Position numbers and translations under genes: made by a program. 33,353 nucleotides of DNA, from positions 1 through 33,353 of the IMG/VR virus record IMGVR_UViG_3300037042_001805. The stretch is one strand, 5' to 3'. This DNA is from a virus (Duplodnaviria > Caudoviricetes). Under the pieces are notes generated by a model. It searched no databases. It had not been told where the DNA came from and worked only from the letters and a program-made list of their open reading frames with translations. Numbering within the stretch: the first letter of the stretch is position 1; each line of letters begins with the position of its first letter. Below are positions 9,900-20,184 of the stretch, piece after piece.

Positions 9900-11639
9900 C
9901 TATTTTATTTTAGCGTCCAATTCTTTAATAGCTTCAACAATCAATCCTATCATTTTAGAATAGTCAATTGCTAAGTATCCATCATTTCTTACAATTACAA
10001 CTTCAGGTAATACCTCATCAACTTCTTGTGCGATAAGTCCTGTTTTTGGTAATGATTTTGTCACCTCATCTGTATTGTCCTCATTCCAATCCCATTTAAC
10101 ACCATTAAGTTTTTTAACTTTCTCTAATGCATCTATGATTACATGTATATTATTCTTTTGTCTTTTGTCAGAGGTAAAGTATGCAGTAATGTTTCCAGTT
10201 GCAGTGATTGCTCCTGCTACTGCTAATGTGCTACCATTAAATGTCATATTTGCTTCACCTTGTAATGTAGAGGTTCCAGTTGCAGTTAAAACATTATTAT
10301 CCGTATTACTATTGATTACTAATTGTGCTGCTGCTCCGGTTATTCCTTGATACCCTTGTGCTGCTGTTCCACCTTGTGCACCTGTTATACCTTGCACACC
10401 CTGAATACCCTGAATACCTTGAGTTCCAGTTCCTGTGGTTCCAGTTATACCTTGAATACCCTGTGAACCAGGGCCACCCGTTGTTCCGGTAATTCCTTGA
10501 ATACCTTGTATACCTTGTGAACCAGGTCCACCCGTTCCACCTGTAATACCTTGAATACCTTGAAATCCACCTGGTCCTTGTGCTCCTTGAATACCTTGTG
10601 GGCCTATAATACCTTGTGTTCCTTGTATTCCCTGAGTTCCAGTTCCAGTTATACCCTGAATACCTTGTATGCCTTGCACGCTACTACCATTCGTTCCACT
10701 TATTCCTTGAATACCTTGTATACCTTGAATAGATTGTCCTGCTCCACCTGTAATTCCCTGATATCCTTGCCAACCTGCTTGTGCTTGTGCACCTGTAATA
10801 CCTTGCACACCTTGATTTCCTTGTGCTCCTTCTATACCTTGTATTCCCTGAGTTCCAGTTCCTGTGTTTCCAGTTATACCTTGTATGCCTTGTATACCTT
10901 GTGTTGCTTGACCTACTGTTCCGGTTATACCTTGCACCCCTTGCCATCCAGCTTGAGCTTGTGCTCCAGTAATACCTTGAATACCTTGTGTTCCTTGTGT
11001 AGAGTTATCAGCACCGGTTATACCTTGCAATCCTTGTATACCTTGAATGCCTTGTGTTCCTTGTGTTCCTGTTCCAGTTATACCTTGCACACCCTGAATA
11101 CCTTGAATACCTTGTGTTCCTTGTGGGCCAGTTGGTGCAGTTGCTATAATGAAAAGCATTTGGTGATTGTTAGGAAAAGTATATGTAGAGGTAATCAAAG
11201 TCACACCATAAGTCCAATAAGTTGTGTTATCGGTTTTAGAGGTAATTTCCCAACTTTGATAATTTGATTGTGACGATTGGTCTTGCAATACTATTGTAGT
11301 TCCAACAGAAACATTTGATAAGAATACATCTATGTTATTGCTATTCTGGTCAGTATCACTTACACTTATTGAGGTTGCTGATGCCTGTGTTGCATTATTC
11401 CAAATGATATGTCCACTACCTGGGTCACCACTTGTTATCGTATCTTTTGCTTGGTAGTTAAAGAATGCATTTGATGCACCCTCTGTTCCTTGCACACCTT
11501 GTATACCTTGCACACCTTGACTACCACTTCCACCACCACTCGGTAGTTGCACTCCGTTTATACTTAGCGACCCGGTTATATCTACACTACCGCTGAATTG
11601 CTGAGAGCCTGTTATTGATGCATTTAATATTAAACTCAT
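9900..11639 (-). CDS. Collagen-like tail fibre with C-terminal intramolecular chaperone (peptidase S74)
   Basis: Long (G-X-Q/T)n tract. C-terminus has GNITAYFTSDKRQKNNI, W.W, GLIAQEV.EVLPEVV and Y..MIGLIVEAIKEL. Confidence 0.9.
   Translation of the reverse strand: MSLILNASITGSQQFSGSVDITGSLSINGVQLPSGGGSGSQGVQGIQGVQGTEGASNAFFNYQAKDTITSGDPGSGHIIWNNATQASATSISVSDTDQNSNNIDVFLSNVSVGTTIVLQDQSSQSNYQSWEITSKTDNTTYWTYGVTLITSTYTFPNNHQMLFIIATAPTGPQGTQGIQGIQGVQGITGTGTQGTQGIQGIQGLQGITGADNSTQGTQGIQGITGAQAQAGWQGVQGITGTVGQATQGIQGIQGITGNTGTGTQGIQGIEGAQGNQGVQGITGAQAQAGWQGYQGITGGAGQSIQGIQGIQGISGTNGSSVQGIQGIQGITGTGTQGIQGTQGIIGPQGIQGAQGPGGFQGIQGITGGTGGPGSQGIQGIQGITGTTGGPGSQGIQGITGTTGTGTQGIQGIQGVQGITGAQGGTAAQGYQGITGAAAQLVINSNTDNNVLTATGTSTLQGEANMTFNGSTLAVAGAITATGNITAYFTSDKRQKNNIHVIIDALEKVKKLNGVKWDWNEDNTDEVTKSLPKTGLIAQEVDEVLPEVVIVRNDGYLAIDYSKMIGLIVEAIKELDAKIK
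10333..11130 (-). repeat. 9-bp-period collagen-coding repeat (GIQ/GIT/GTQ)
   Basis: Tandem ccttg(a/t)ata-type units. Confidence 0.95.
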
Positions 11640-11648
11640 ATATTTTTA

Positions 11649-14600
11649 TTATGTTAATCTTATCATTACGAAATTACCGTTTCTATATAATCCACCCAAT
11701 GGCACTCCACCTGCTGCTGCCGCAGTGTCATCTGCAAAGTTTAATGAGGAGCTTACACTTGCTAATGTTGTAAAGGAGCTTACTACTAAACTACCTGTCA
11801 TTGCAGTGCTACCACTTACATTAAATGTTCCTTCTGCATATATGTTAGACCCACTATCTATTAAGAAACCTGTTTTTCTACTACCTGATACACCCGTTCC
11901 TACGACTAATATATTTTCACCACTAGTGTTTCTTATACCATCGTTTGCATTGTATCTACCCAAATATGCACCACCTTGTTCAAGTAATTGACTATTATTT
12001 GACCCTGTCATAATTAAGAATGAGCCACCTACTAAACTACCATTAAAACTCACATAGTTTCCTCTACCTTCTACATTTGTAAAAATAGTATTGTTTACAC
12101 CAGCTATTGTATTTGAGGTAAAGTTAGGCCCTTGTGCAGTTCCATTATAACTACCAGAGACTGTATAAGTATTTCCTGAGCCACCGAATGAATTATTATT
12201 AAATGTTAAACTACCTGACCCATATGACCCACTATACATACGATTTGTGACTGTTGCACCACCCGGAGAGATATTTACTTGTGCAGAGATTGCTGATGCA
12301 CTCGCTATCAAAGTCATAGCACCATAGTTTTGATTAATAGTAGCTACGCTTCTATGTAAGGCTAAATTAGCTGCACCGGCATTTGAATAATTAATCGTTG
12401 CATTCGTAATATTGTTTTGTGCATTTACTCCAACAGAGGACGAATGATTAGTTATAGATAGATTACCACCCGCCATTACATTACTTGATATAGTATTAGT
12501 GACATTCGTAGATTGATTACGATTTGTAGTTTGGTTTATTTGACCACCAAAAATACCATTACCTTGCAAAGTTATTGCATGACTACCACTAAAACCACCT
12601 GTTATTTCATTATTAGATGCAGATGCTGCATTGATTGTAATACTTCCATTATTGTTTATATTACTACTATAAGTAAGTGACCCCGTAAATGCCATTGCAT
12701 TTATGGTTGTTGAGCCATTATTATAATTATTACTATATGTGTGTGTGCCAACAGGGTTTACTGCTTGGTTAATTAAAAAATCATTATTATTAACAAATAT
12801 ATTATTATTCATTGTAGGTCTTGCACCACTCACACTTGCTGCAGATGCAGTAATTTGTGAGCTGACACCACCACCACTTTGTAAATAAATATTATTATTA
12901 CCACCTATGTATTTAATATATCCTGGATTTGGATTAGACGGGTTTGTGAATATGTTTCCACTACCTGATATAATTGTTGTTCCGGTATTAACATTGGCTT
13001 TGAATATAAAGTTAGCAAGTGTAGTATTGTTTGAGCTAGATAAATGTAATAATGACCCCGTGTTATTGGTAAAACTATTATTACTTAATATCAAACTACC
13101 AGAATGAGCTAATAATTTTATTGCACCCGTAGCTACTCCATTTCCACTAATATTTACCGGGCCTATTGCAACTCCACTATCTGCTCCTAATTCAATATCG
13201 CGACTGTTTACTACAACTCTAATGCTTCCACTACCACCATTATTGCCAATGTTTAATTGACCATATGCTGTTAAATTACTTCCTACTGGCGATTGCAACA
13301 ATATATTGCTTTGCCCTCCCGTAGACGAGCTTATATACAAATTATTATTTCCTGAGTTTGATATTGTTTGGTCACCTCTAAATGTATTGCTACCTGTTGT
13401 TGCGAAACCTACTTGGTTTATATTTGCCGCCGTAGACACATTACCACTTCCACCAACCCATATATAACCATTTTGTAATGATGCAGTAAATTGACCTTTA
13501 ACTCTTAAATCTGTTTCAAAAATAGATTGAGAGGGATTACTAAAATCTTTTGTTCCTAATGTAAAGATTGGGACTTCACCCGCACCAATATCTTGTGAGA
13601 ATTGTAATGAGGACGAACGAGGCATTAAGTGCACCTTTGCAGAGGAGGTATAATACGGGCCTATAATAATTCCTTTGTCAAACGAGCTTGTAAAACTTTC
13701 AAATTGTAATTGATTACCAGTTCCAAATTGAAACCAGGTTTGGTTTTTTAATTTTATGAATGGATTACCTGGGTCTGTTATACCTAATCTCATACTACCA
13801 GATGCATCCGAACCTGTATTGAATAATATAATACCTTCTGCATTACCCCCCGTTGGAATGTTTATTGTTTCAATTCCATTAAATGTATTGCTACCTGTTG
13901 TTGCAAAACTACCTGTGTTAATTGTTCCTCCACTACCAAATGAGCTTGTAGCAACCAAAGTAGAAACATTACTGCTATTACCTACCCAAGCATATCCTTG
14001 TTGTAAACTTGCAGTTAAACTACCTAGTATATTTTGGTCACCTGTAAATGTGTTACTACCTGTTGTTGCAAAACCTGTTCCTGTTACTATACTCGCAATT
14101 GTAGTAGCAAAAGAAGCAGATAAGATATTCATATCAGGAGTCGTTGCACTACCACTTTGCACATATGCTAATTCTCTTAAAGCATTTACATTAGCTGAGG
14201 AGGTGGCGTAATACATTGCAGTGTCCGCATCAATACCATTTCCAAATAATTGTCTTGGTTGACTACTTGCTAATGGTAATGTGACACCATTAAACTTAAT
14301 TGTATCTACTCTAAGATTACTTAAACCTTGTATTTCATTTACATAAAGGTTAGTCCAATTCTGGCCACTACTTCCTAAATTACCACCGAAATTATTAAGT
14401 GGTAAAACACTACCTGATATTGTTTGACTACCATAGAATGTATTGCTACCTGTTGTTGCAAAACTACCTGTGTCAATACTACTTGCAACTGTTGTAAATG
14501 TTAATGTTTTACTACCATTTGTTGTTAATACTTGTCCGTTAGTTCCATCGGTAGTAGGATATGTAAAACCTTGCATTTGTAAAGTGGAACCTGTTATTTG

Positions 14601-15905
14601 AATACCTTGTCCTGCATTTATATAAATACCACCACTAACACTTTCAAATTGTATACTATTTCCACCTGTAGCAGTAGTAGTTTGAAACTTCATAGTAGCA
14701 CTCGTGCCACTATTATTTCTAAACTGCATTTGTCTACTTCCAGTTCCGTATAAGAAAAAGTCTAATCCTCTTGTTAATGGGTTATCAGTATCACCGGTGA
14801 ATTGAAAATTATCACTCTCATTACCATTCAACCACATCTCATTTGGAAATTGTAATCTAGGGCCACCTGGACCTGTTATTTTTAGACCTGAGCCTCCTGT
14901 TAATTCTATACCATATCCAAATCCACCACTACCAGAAATAGTAATAGCAGGACTTGCAGTTGTTATAAATGATTGTTGACCTGTAAATGTATTGCTACCT
15001 GTTGTTGCAAACCCTGGTAAATTAAATGTAGTCGCATCCCCTTTCGTAAATGTTATATTAGTTGATGCAAAAGATGCAGTCACTAATAAACTACCTGTGT
15101 CAGCACTTCCGCTACCTGCAGACCCTGCTATACCCTGAGCACCTTGTGCACCTTGAGTTGAGTTATCTGTTCCTTGCACACCTTGAATACCCTGTGTTCC
15201 TTGTGCTCCATTACTACCACTAATGCCAGTTATACCTTGCAAACCAGTTATACCCTGAATACCTTGTGTTCCCTGAGTTGAATTATCTGCTCCTTGTATT
15301 CCCTGTATTCCTTGAATGCCTTGTGCTCCGTTGCTACCGCTAATACCAGTTATACCTTGTATGCCTTGCAAACCTTGTAGTCCTTGAATACCCTGTGTTC
15401 CTTGTGTTGAGTTGTCTGCTCCTTGGATACCTTGCAATCCCTGCAAACCTTGAATACCTTGACTACCACTTGCACCTTCAATTCCTTGGATACCTTGCAA
15501 ACCTGTTATACCCTGTATGCCTTGTGTTCCCTGTAATCCTTGTATGCCTTGCAGACCTTGCAATCCTTGTAAGCCAGTTATTCCTTGAATGCCTTGTGTG
15601 CCTTGTGTTCCTTGCAAACCCTGAATACCTTGTGCACCTTGTAAAGATATAGACGAAGTTGCTACTGCTTGGTTATATCCATTACTATCACCTAACCAAA
15701 TATAATTGGCAGGTAATTGTGCAGTCAAAGTTCCACTAATGATTTGATTACCTATAAAAGTATTGCTACCTGATAATAAAGCACTACTGCTAATCCAACT
15801 ATCGTTTAAGTCTCTAACTGCTGATGCAGATATACCACCCGAAGTGTTAGTAAAATAAGTTGCGTTAGATGCTGATACTAATTGTGATTTTGTATATTGA
15901 GCCAT
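11649..15905 (-). CDS. Long tail fibre with collagen segment and FATTGSNTF repeats (1418 aa)
   Basis: G-X-Q tract, five FATTGSNTF copies, N/G/S-rich beta-solenoid-like region and C-terminal [19 protein letters not shown] motif. Confidence 0.8.
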   Translation of the reverse strand: MAQYTKSQLVSASNATYFTNTSGGISASAVRDLNDSWISSSALLSGSNTFIGNQIISGTLTAQLPANYIWLGDSNGYNQAVATSSISLQGAQGIQGLQGTQGTQGIQGITGLQGLQGLQGIQGLQGTQGIQGITGLQGIQGIEGASGSQGIQGLQGLQGIQGADNSTQGTQGIQGLQGLQGIQGITGISGSNGAQGIQGIQGIQGADNSTQGTQGIQGITGLQGITGISGSNGAQGTQGIQGVQGTDNSTQGAQGAQGIAGSAGSGSADTGSLLVTASFASTNITFTKGDATTFNLPGFATTGSNTFTGQQSFITTASPAITISGSGGFGYGIELTGGSGLKITGPGGPRLQFPNEMWLNGNESDNFQFTGDTDNPLTRGLDFFLYGTGSRQMQFRNNSGTSATMKFQTTTATGGNSIQFESVSGGIYINAGQGIQITGSTLQMQGFTYPTTDGTNGQVLTTNGSKTLTFTTVASSIDTGSFATTGSNTFYGSQTISGSVLPLNNFGGNLGSSGQNWTNLYVNEIQGLSNLRVDTIKFNGVTLPLASSQPRQLFGNGIDADTAMYYATSSANVNALRELAYVQSGSATTPDMNILSASFATTIASIVTGTGFATTGSNTFTGDQNILGSLTASLQQGYAWVGNSSNVSTLVATSSFGSGGTINTGSFATTGSNTFNGIETINIPTGGNAEGIILFNTGSDASGSMRLGITDPGNPFIKLKNQTWFQFGTGNQLQFESFTSSFDKGIIIGPYYTSSAKVHLMPRSSSLQFSQDIGAGEVPIFTLGTKDFSNPSQSIFETDLRVKGQFTASLQNGYIWVGGSGNVSTAANINQVGFATTGSNTFRGDQTISNSGNNNLYISSSTGGQSNILLQSPVGSNLTAYGQLNIGNNGGSGSIRVVVNSRDIELGADSGVAIGPVNISGNGVATGAIKLLAHSGSLILSNNSFTNNTGSLLHLSSSNNTTLANFIFKANVNTGTTIISGSGNIFTNPSNPNPGYIKYIGGNNNIYLQSGGGVSSQITASAASVSGARPTMNNNIFVNNNDFLINQAVNPVGTHTYSNNYNNGSTTINAMAFTGSLTYSSNINNNGSITINAASASNNEITGGFSGSHAITLQGNGIFGGQINQTTNRNQSTNVTNTISSNVMAGGNLSITNHSSSVGVNAQNNITNATINYSNAGAANLALHRSVATINQNYGAMTLIASASAISAQVNISPGGATVTNRMYSGSYGSGSLTFNNNSFGGSGNTYTVSGSYNGTAQGPNFTSNTIAGVNNTIFTNVEGRGNYVSFNGSLVGGSFLIMTGSNNSQLLEQGGAYLGRYNANDGIRNTSGENILVVGTGVSGSRKTGFLIDSGSNIYAEGTFNVSGSTAMTGSLVVSSFTTLASVSSSLNFADDTAAAAGGVPLGGLYRNGNFVMIRLT
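15130..15642 (-). repeat. Collagen-coding repeat (GIQ/GLQ/GTQ) with G(A/T)DNSTQG interruptions
   Basis: Tandem 9-bp units visible in both DNA and protein. Confidence 0.95.
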
Positions 15906-15910
15906 ATTGT

Positions 15911-16141
15911 TTAATTGATTTGATTGCTTCCACCTACATTACCGATACCTTGTGCTATTAAATCTCCATTGCAACATTTTCTGCTGTATGTAAGAGTTTT
16001 AGGGCACAAACATCCTTGTCTATTATTTTTTGGACTTGATAAACCCTGAGTAGGGCCTATGTAAATGCCTGTATTATTTAATCTGTTGATTGAATATCTT
16101 AATAAACCATTGGGTGAGTTAGACCATTTAGGAGCTGACAT
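15911..16141 (-). CDS. Small Cys-rich late protein (76 aa; start moved to ATG 16141)
   Basis: GCLC...[17 protein letters not shown] motif. The longer TTG start overlaps the late promoter. Confidence 0.65.
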   Translation of the reverse strand: MSAPKWSNSPNGLLRYSINRLNNTGIYIGPTQGLSSPKNNRQGCLCPKTLTYSRKCCNGDLIAQGIGNVGGSNQIN

Positions 16142-16155
16142 AAGAATTAGTTTCT

Positions 16156-16187
16156 TATTTAACAACACCAATAACAAAAGTAGTGGG
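16156..16187 (-). promoter_or_regulatory. Putative late promoter (CCCACTAC-N16-GTTAAATA) for the fibre operon
   Basis: Near-identical in both elements and spacing to 432-463. Confidence 0.7.
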
Positions 16188-16188
16188 T

Positions 16189-16460
16189 TTATCTAATAGA
16201 TTTCAATGCCTCTTTGTGCATTAAGTTTTCTAAGTAGTTTTTATCTGCCTTATATGCAAGAAATAATAAACATTTCTCTAATGGTTCTCTTACTACTCTA
16301 TCTATTTGTTGAATATCCCCGCCTGCAAGTTCAATGATTGTTGAATAATTTTTCCACTTCTTTCCAAAATTTGCTTGTAACTCTGAGGGACTTCCATTGT
16401 CTGTATCGTAGAGTTCAGGGTAGAATTCAACAAGTCCATTGACAAATTCACAAAAAAAAA
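16189..16460 (-). CDS. -1 frame extension ('T' part) of the tail assembly chaperone
   Basis: Has no ATG start, opens at the T9 run, and lies in the -1 frame relative to 16302..16958. Confidence 0.65.
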
Positions 16461-16958
16461 CATGCAACCAAAATGTTTATCCATACTTACCTTTAACCAT
16501 TTATCAGGATTAGTATTTCCCTCATATGATTGTATTTCGTATGTGCCTCCTTTACTCTTTGCAACAACAGGTCTATATAATATATTCATTATGTTTTTCC
16601 AATTCGTATCAACAGAAATAGTTTCATATCTTGTTATGTCAGCATACGCACCATAAGTCATTTTAGATAAGTTAGGTTCAAATCCGTATTCAACACCATC
16701 TATTGTAATAAATCTTTGGAGTTCTGCTTTATTATCATTTATAAAATTAAATAAGTCTTTTTGTAATCCTGCGTAAGATTGTTGAGTTAAACCTAATATA
16801 TCTTTACTATCTATTCCGCATAAGTGAGATATCATAAAATTCATTTGTGCTTCTCTATCATCTTTGTATGCTTCTAAATCATATTGTAATGCAAGATACT
16901 TACTTAAACTTATATCTGCCCAACTTTCAGGCATTGTAATTTTCATTGTTGTTTTCAT
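16302..16958 (-). CDS. Putative tail assembly chaperone ('G' part)
   Basis: P.SW.DISL..Y, YGFEPNL..MTYG.Y.D and ILYRP motifs; slippery ATG TTT TTT TTT at 16452-16463. Confidence 0.6.
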   Translation of the reverse strand: MKTTMKITMPESWADISLSKYLALQYDLEAYKDDREAQMNFMISHLCGIDSKDILGLTQQSYAGLQKDLFNFINDNKAELQRFITIDGVEYGFEPNLSKMTYGAYADITRYETISVDTNWKNIMNILYRPVVAKSKGGTYEIQSYEGNTNPDKWLKVSMDKHFGCMFFFVNLSMDLLNSTLNSTIQTMEVPQSYKQILERSGKIIQQSLNLQAGIFNK

Positions 16959-16961
16959 ATG

Positions 16962-17144
16962 TTAATTTCTATTTGTAGTTTGTCCTATAAAGAATAGTAG
17001 TTGATTTAGTTTCTGCACCTTTCGTTCCTCATTCTCTAACTTTGCATTAAAGGCAATACATCTTGCATTTAATTCACCATTGATTTTCATTAGTTCATTT
17101 ATTAAACCTTCCATCTGTTCTATTTGTTCCTCTGTATATTTCAT
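16962..17144 (-). CDS. Hypothetical coiled-coil protein (60 aa)
   Basis: Packed tightly between terL and the chaperone gene. Confidence 0.6.
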   Translation of the reverse strand: MKYTEEQIEQMEGLINELMKINGELNARCIAFNAKLENEERKVQKLNQLLFFIGQTTNRN

Positions 17145-17146
17145 AA

Positions 17147-18319
17147 TTAAAAAACTGATATTGAATATTTTCCTGCGTTAATCTTTTTATAATTTAATTG
17201 TTCCATGCATACATAACGAATTGCATCTATTGCGTGGTTAGAGTAATCAACAGGTATGTTTTCAAACTCACCATTCTTATCAACTGTCCATACATACTCA
17301 CTAAACTCTCTTACAATATTAACACTGCTTTTAAGTATGTGTAGTTTGTGTTGGTGCATGATATCAATTCCCATCTTAATACTATCCTTACCTTTCTTAA
17401 CAGGCTTTATGTTGAAACCTGCTCTGTATATCTCCTCTATCAATCTACTTTCAGCACTATCACCCCATATTGGATTTCTCTGCACATCTAATGATTTTAA
17501 TTCTGCTATAATCTCACTTGTCACTAAACCTTTCTTATAAAGTAATTCCTCAAAGTATAAGTTTTCATTCCACTTATATACTGCAACTAATGTGCTAGGG
17601 TCAATACTAAAACCAAAGTCCATACCGAATGCAACAAACTTTGCCTCCTCAGGTATCTGCTCTACTAACTCTGCACTGAATATAGTTCCTACATTATTGC
17701 CAGGCAAACCTAATCCGTATATCTTATAGTATTCAGGGTTTATCCATTTCAATCTTTCAATCTCCTCTATAATAGATTTCTCTAAAAAAGGATTGTCTAA
17801 GAATGTTGAGATATATAAACTGCTTTCAGGGTGTGTTTGTATTTCATTAAAGATATAGTGGTTAGTTCCGAATGAGGGATTGTATGCAATAATAGTTTTC
17901 TTTCTAGTTCTAATAAATAACTGAAAGTAATCCTCTCTACTTAATTCATTACACTCATCTATAAATAAATAATCTCTTGCACTACCCTTTCTCTTTTCAC
18001 TACTATCAATTGACATAAACTCTACCATACTGCCATTGTCAAAATTGTATATGTGTTCAGTAGCAGACCAGTTATCGTCAGACCATATCTCTAAACCTTT
18101 CAGTATTGATTGCCAGTCTCTCATAATACTAACACGCATAGACGGAAATGACTTTCTTACTACTGATACTACTATGTTAGGTTCCATCAATGCATGCACT
18201 AATATCCATTGTAGAGCAGAATAACTTTTACTTGACCTTGTCCCGCCTTGGAGAATACAAATCTTTTTAGAGTTATCAATATCCCTATATGTCTTTGAGG
18301 TCGTTATGTTTAGTTCCAT
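17147..18319 (-). CDS. terL: Terminase large subunit (PBSX-type)
   Basis: Walker A QGGTRSSKS, Walker B LFIDECNE, YNP coupling motif, nuclease GMDFGFSIDP and NHAIDAIRY. Confidence 0.97.
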   Translation of the reverse strand: MELNITTSKTYRDIDNSKKICILQGGTRSSKSYSALQWILVHALMEPNIVVSVVRKSFPSMRVSIMRDWQSILKGLEIWSDDNWSATEHIYNFDNGSMVEFMSIDSSEKRKGSARDYLFIDECNELSREDYFQLFIRTRKKTIIAYNPSFGTNHYIFNEIQTHPESSLYISTFLDNPFLEKSIIEEIERLKWINPEYYKIYGLGLPGNNVGTIFSAELVEQIPEEAKFVAFGMDFGFSIDPSTLVAVYKWNENLYFEELLYKKGLVTSEIIAELKSLDVQRNPIWGDSAESRLIEEIYRAGFNIKPVKKGKDSIKMGIDIMHQHKLHILKSSVNIVREFSEYVWTVDKNGEFENIPVDYSNHAIDAIRYVCMEQLNYKKINAGKYSISVF

Positions 18320-18605
18320 CTACTATGTTTAGGTTGATTGATTGTATCTTTGCATTAACTTCCATTGTTCCCTTAATGTCTATGCTTCTCATCTTAGGCA
18401 TACAATATTCCATTAACTTCATTGATAACTCTAAAGCTTTCTCTGGATTAGTTTTCTTTAATTCCTCTAAGTCTTTTTGTATTGTAGATAAAGTAGAATT
18501 GACTGCACGATTAATTGTTAGACGCATTTGTTCCGTAGTTCTATTCAAACTACCTTTTGGTCTGCCGTTTGTATTTATTCTTGTATCACCTTTAACGAAT
18601 GCCAT
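18285..18605 (-). CDS. terS: Terminase small subunit (DUF5681-like N-terminus)
   Basis: F.KG....N.NGRPKGS.N motif; overlaps the terL start. Confidence 0.8.
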   Translation of the reverse strand: MAFVKGDTRINTNGRPKGSLNRTTEQMRLTINRAVNSTLSTIQKDLEELKKTNPEKALELSMKLMEYCMPKMRSIDIKGTMEVNAKIQSINLNIVDGTKHNDLKDI

Positions 18606-18630
18606 AGTATTATAATTGTATTTTACTACT

Positions 18631-18663
18631 TTTATAACACCTCTAATTTATTTTGTAGTAGTG
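18631..18663 (-). promoter_or_regulatory. Putative late promoter for terS (ACTAC-N16-GTTATAAA)
   Basis: Variant -10 element with the same 16-nt spacing to ACTAC. Confidence 0.6.
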
Positions 18664-18723
18664 AGTATCGTTTTATAGATATGTGGTCAGGACGCCACCT
18701 TAGAATTAGGTTGTAACCTATTT

Positions 18724-18825
18724 TTATAATGACATGTATTTACTGCATAATAATATAAATGCAATTGCACCTATGTATGCAAATAATAAAATCCATATTT
18801 CGTTTCCTTCTTTATTCTTTTTCAT
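18724..18825 (-). CDS. 33-aa single-transmembrane peptide MKKNKEGNEIWILLFAYIGAIAFILLCSKYMSL
   Basis: Translated by hand; ATGA overlap with the upstream stop; one hydrophobic helix. Confidence 0.6.
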   Translation of the reverse strand: MKKNKEGNEIWILLFAYIGAIAFILLCSKYMSL

Positions 18826-19004
18826 ATTATTCTTTCAAATCCAAAAATCTTTAATGCCTTACCTTCACTATCTGCAATGATTAACATACCTGCAATATTA
18901 TCTCCTTTAAGTATAATTTGTTTGTCCTTTATATAACTCCAATCAAATCTAAAAAATGCGTATTGATAATCTATGCTATGATAGTTAGTATTCATAATAG
19001 TCAT
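18822..19004 (-). CDS. Hypothetical protein
   Basis: Overlapping, operon-like packing. Confidence 0.6.
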   Translation of the reverse strand: MTIMNTNYHSIDYQYAFFRFDWSYIKDKQIILKGDNIAGMLIIADSEGKALKIFGFERII

Positions 19005-19413
19005 GTGTGTTTGGATAATCCTTTTGAATATTCTTTTTACTCTTAGCTTGTTTACCTTCTGCAGTTTCTTTATCGCGACGGTCGTTAATCCATTTCATTA
19101 GTATCTTATCTTGCATTATCTCATCTAATTTTTCCTTAAAGTATTCTTTCCATTCCTCTCTTACTTTAATCTTATGTAGTTTTGCCCTTAGAGGATAAAA
19201 CCTTGTATGGTAATCATGTTTAGGCCCTTGATATGGGTATGGTTCTTTTCTTTCATACTTACTTCTTTTATTTGTTTCAATTACCTTTTGTTTTGCATTC
19301 ACACATGCATTACAACTCCATCTTGGTTTAGGTGTGTGAAACGATGCACCACATCCTTTACATACTCTTTGCTCACCATTCTTGTGGTCAAACTTTACTT
19401 TCCATAACGACAT
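18985..19413 (-). CDS. Basic CxxC...CxxC zinc-finger protein
   Basis: CKGC and CNAC pairs; K/R-rich. Confidence 0.65.
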   Translation of the reverse strand: MSLWKVKFDHKNGEQRVCKGCGASFHTPKPRWSCNACVNAKQKVIETNKRSKYERKEPYPYQGPKHDYHTRFYPLRAKLHKIKVREEWKEYFKEKLDEIMQDKILMKWINDRRDKETAEGKQAKSKKNIQKDYPNTHDYYEY

Positions 19414-19418
19414 ATAAC

Positions 19419-19976
19419 TTATTTGAATGGGTTGTCTATAACTTGTTTTAATCTATTCCTAACCTTTTTAATTTGTAAGAATGTTGTGCTCTTGGAAATC
19501 TTAATCTTACTTGCGACTTCGTCCAAAGTATCATCTGTAAACCAATATCTTTCATATAACATTGCAGATGCAAAGTCTTTTGTTTTCTTTATATGTTCTA
19601 ATTCCTCTTTTACATTCTTATATGCATCTTCAATTGCTAAGTCATAATCTATATCATATGTTTCCTCTGCTGAATTGTCACAATAGATTTCACCTATATA
19701 CTTTATTCTATTCAATTTCTTTGTCTTGTTTATAAATCTATGTTTAATAAACTTCATGCAATAAATTAAATTATAACTGTCGTCCTTAAAGAATAGTTTT
19801 GGATTTTTCTTGTTGTGCAAATATTCATAAAGTTCTTGCACCAAATCCTCACTAGTCTCATAGGACTTACATACATTATATGCAACTTTAAGTAACCATG
19901 TATTTGATTGTATGAATAGGTTTGTCAATCTCCTACTGCATTCTGTTTCAATACTTCCTGTTACTTCATTACTCAT
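19419..19976 (-). CDS. RNA polymerase sigma-70/ECF-like factor (probable late sigma)
   Basis: Region 2 motif SEDLVQELY; region 4 HTH TLDEVASKIKISKSTTF..IKKVR.RLK. Confidence 0.8.
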   Translation of the reverse strand: MSNEVTGSIETECSRRLTNLFIQSNTWLLKVAYNVCKSYETSEDLVQELYEYLHNKKNPKLFFKDDSYNLIYCMKFIKHRFINKTKKLNRIKYIGEIYCDNSAEETYDIDYDLAIEDAYKNVKEELEHIKKTKDFASAMLYERYWFTDDTLDEVASKIKISKSTTFLQIKKVRNRLKQVIDNPFK

Positions 19977-20184
19977 GTGTCTCTTGTTGTTTTACCCAGT
20001 CCGTTAGAAAGTCAACTGCCCTTCTCCAATGTCCTGCTGCAGACCCACAATTACATGGTTTACCTTCATTTGAATTGGATAACTTTTTATAATTATTCCA
20101 AACCCAGTCGGTCATTTCAGTTGGTATATACCCACCTATCTTACTTAGACCTTCTTTTATCTCTTGTAATTCAGTATTAGGCAT
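19969..20184 (-). CDS. Hypothetical protein with PCNC motif
   Basis: Overlapping starts and stops with both neighbours. Confidence 0.65.
   Translation of the reverse strand: MPNTELQEIKEGLSKIGGYIPTEMTDWVWNNYKKLSNSNEGKPCNCGSAAGHWRRAVDFLTDWVKQQETHE

Noticed and set aside
10551-11267. 238-aa plus-strand ORF and the other plus-strand ORFs overlapping structural genes
   Set aside because: Antisense or off-frame shadows of real genes, with no promoters and low-complexity products.
10333-15642. CRISPR-like or satellite repeat arrays
   Set aside because: The 9-bp period has no unique spacers and is fully explained by collagen G-X-Y coding.
9128-15905. Diversity-generating retroelement or invertase-based fibre switching
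   Set aside because: No reverse transcriptase, recombinase or TR/VR pair seen.
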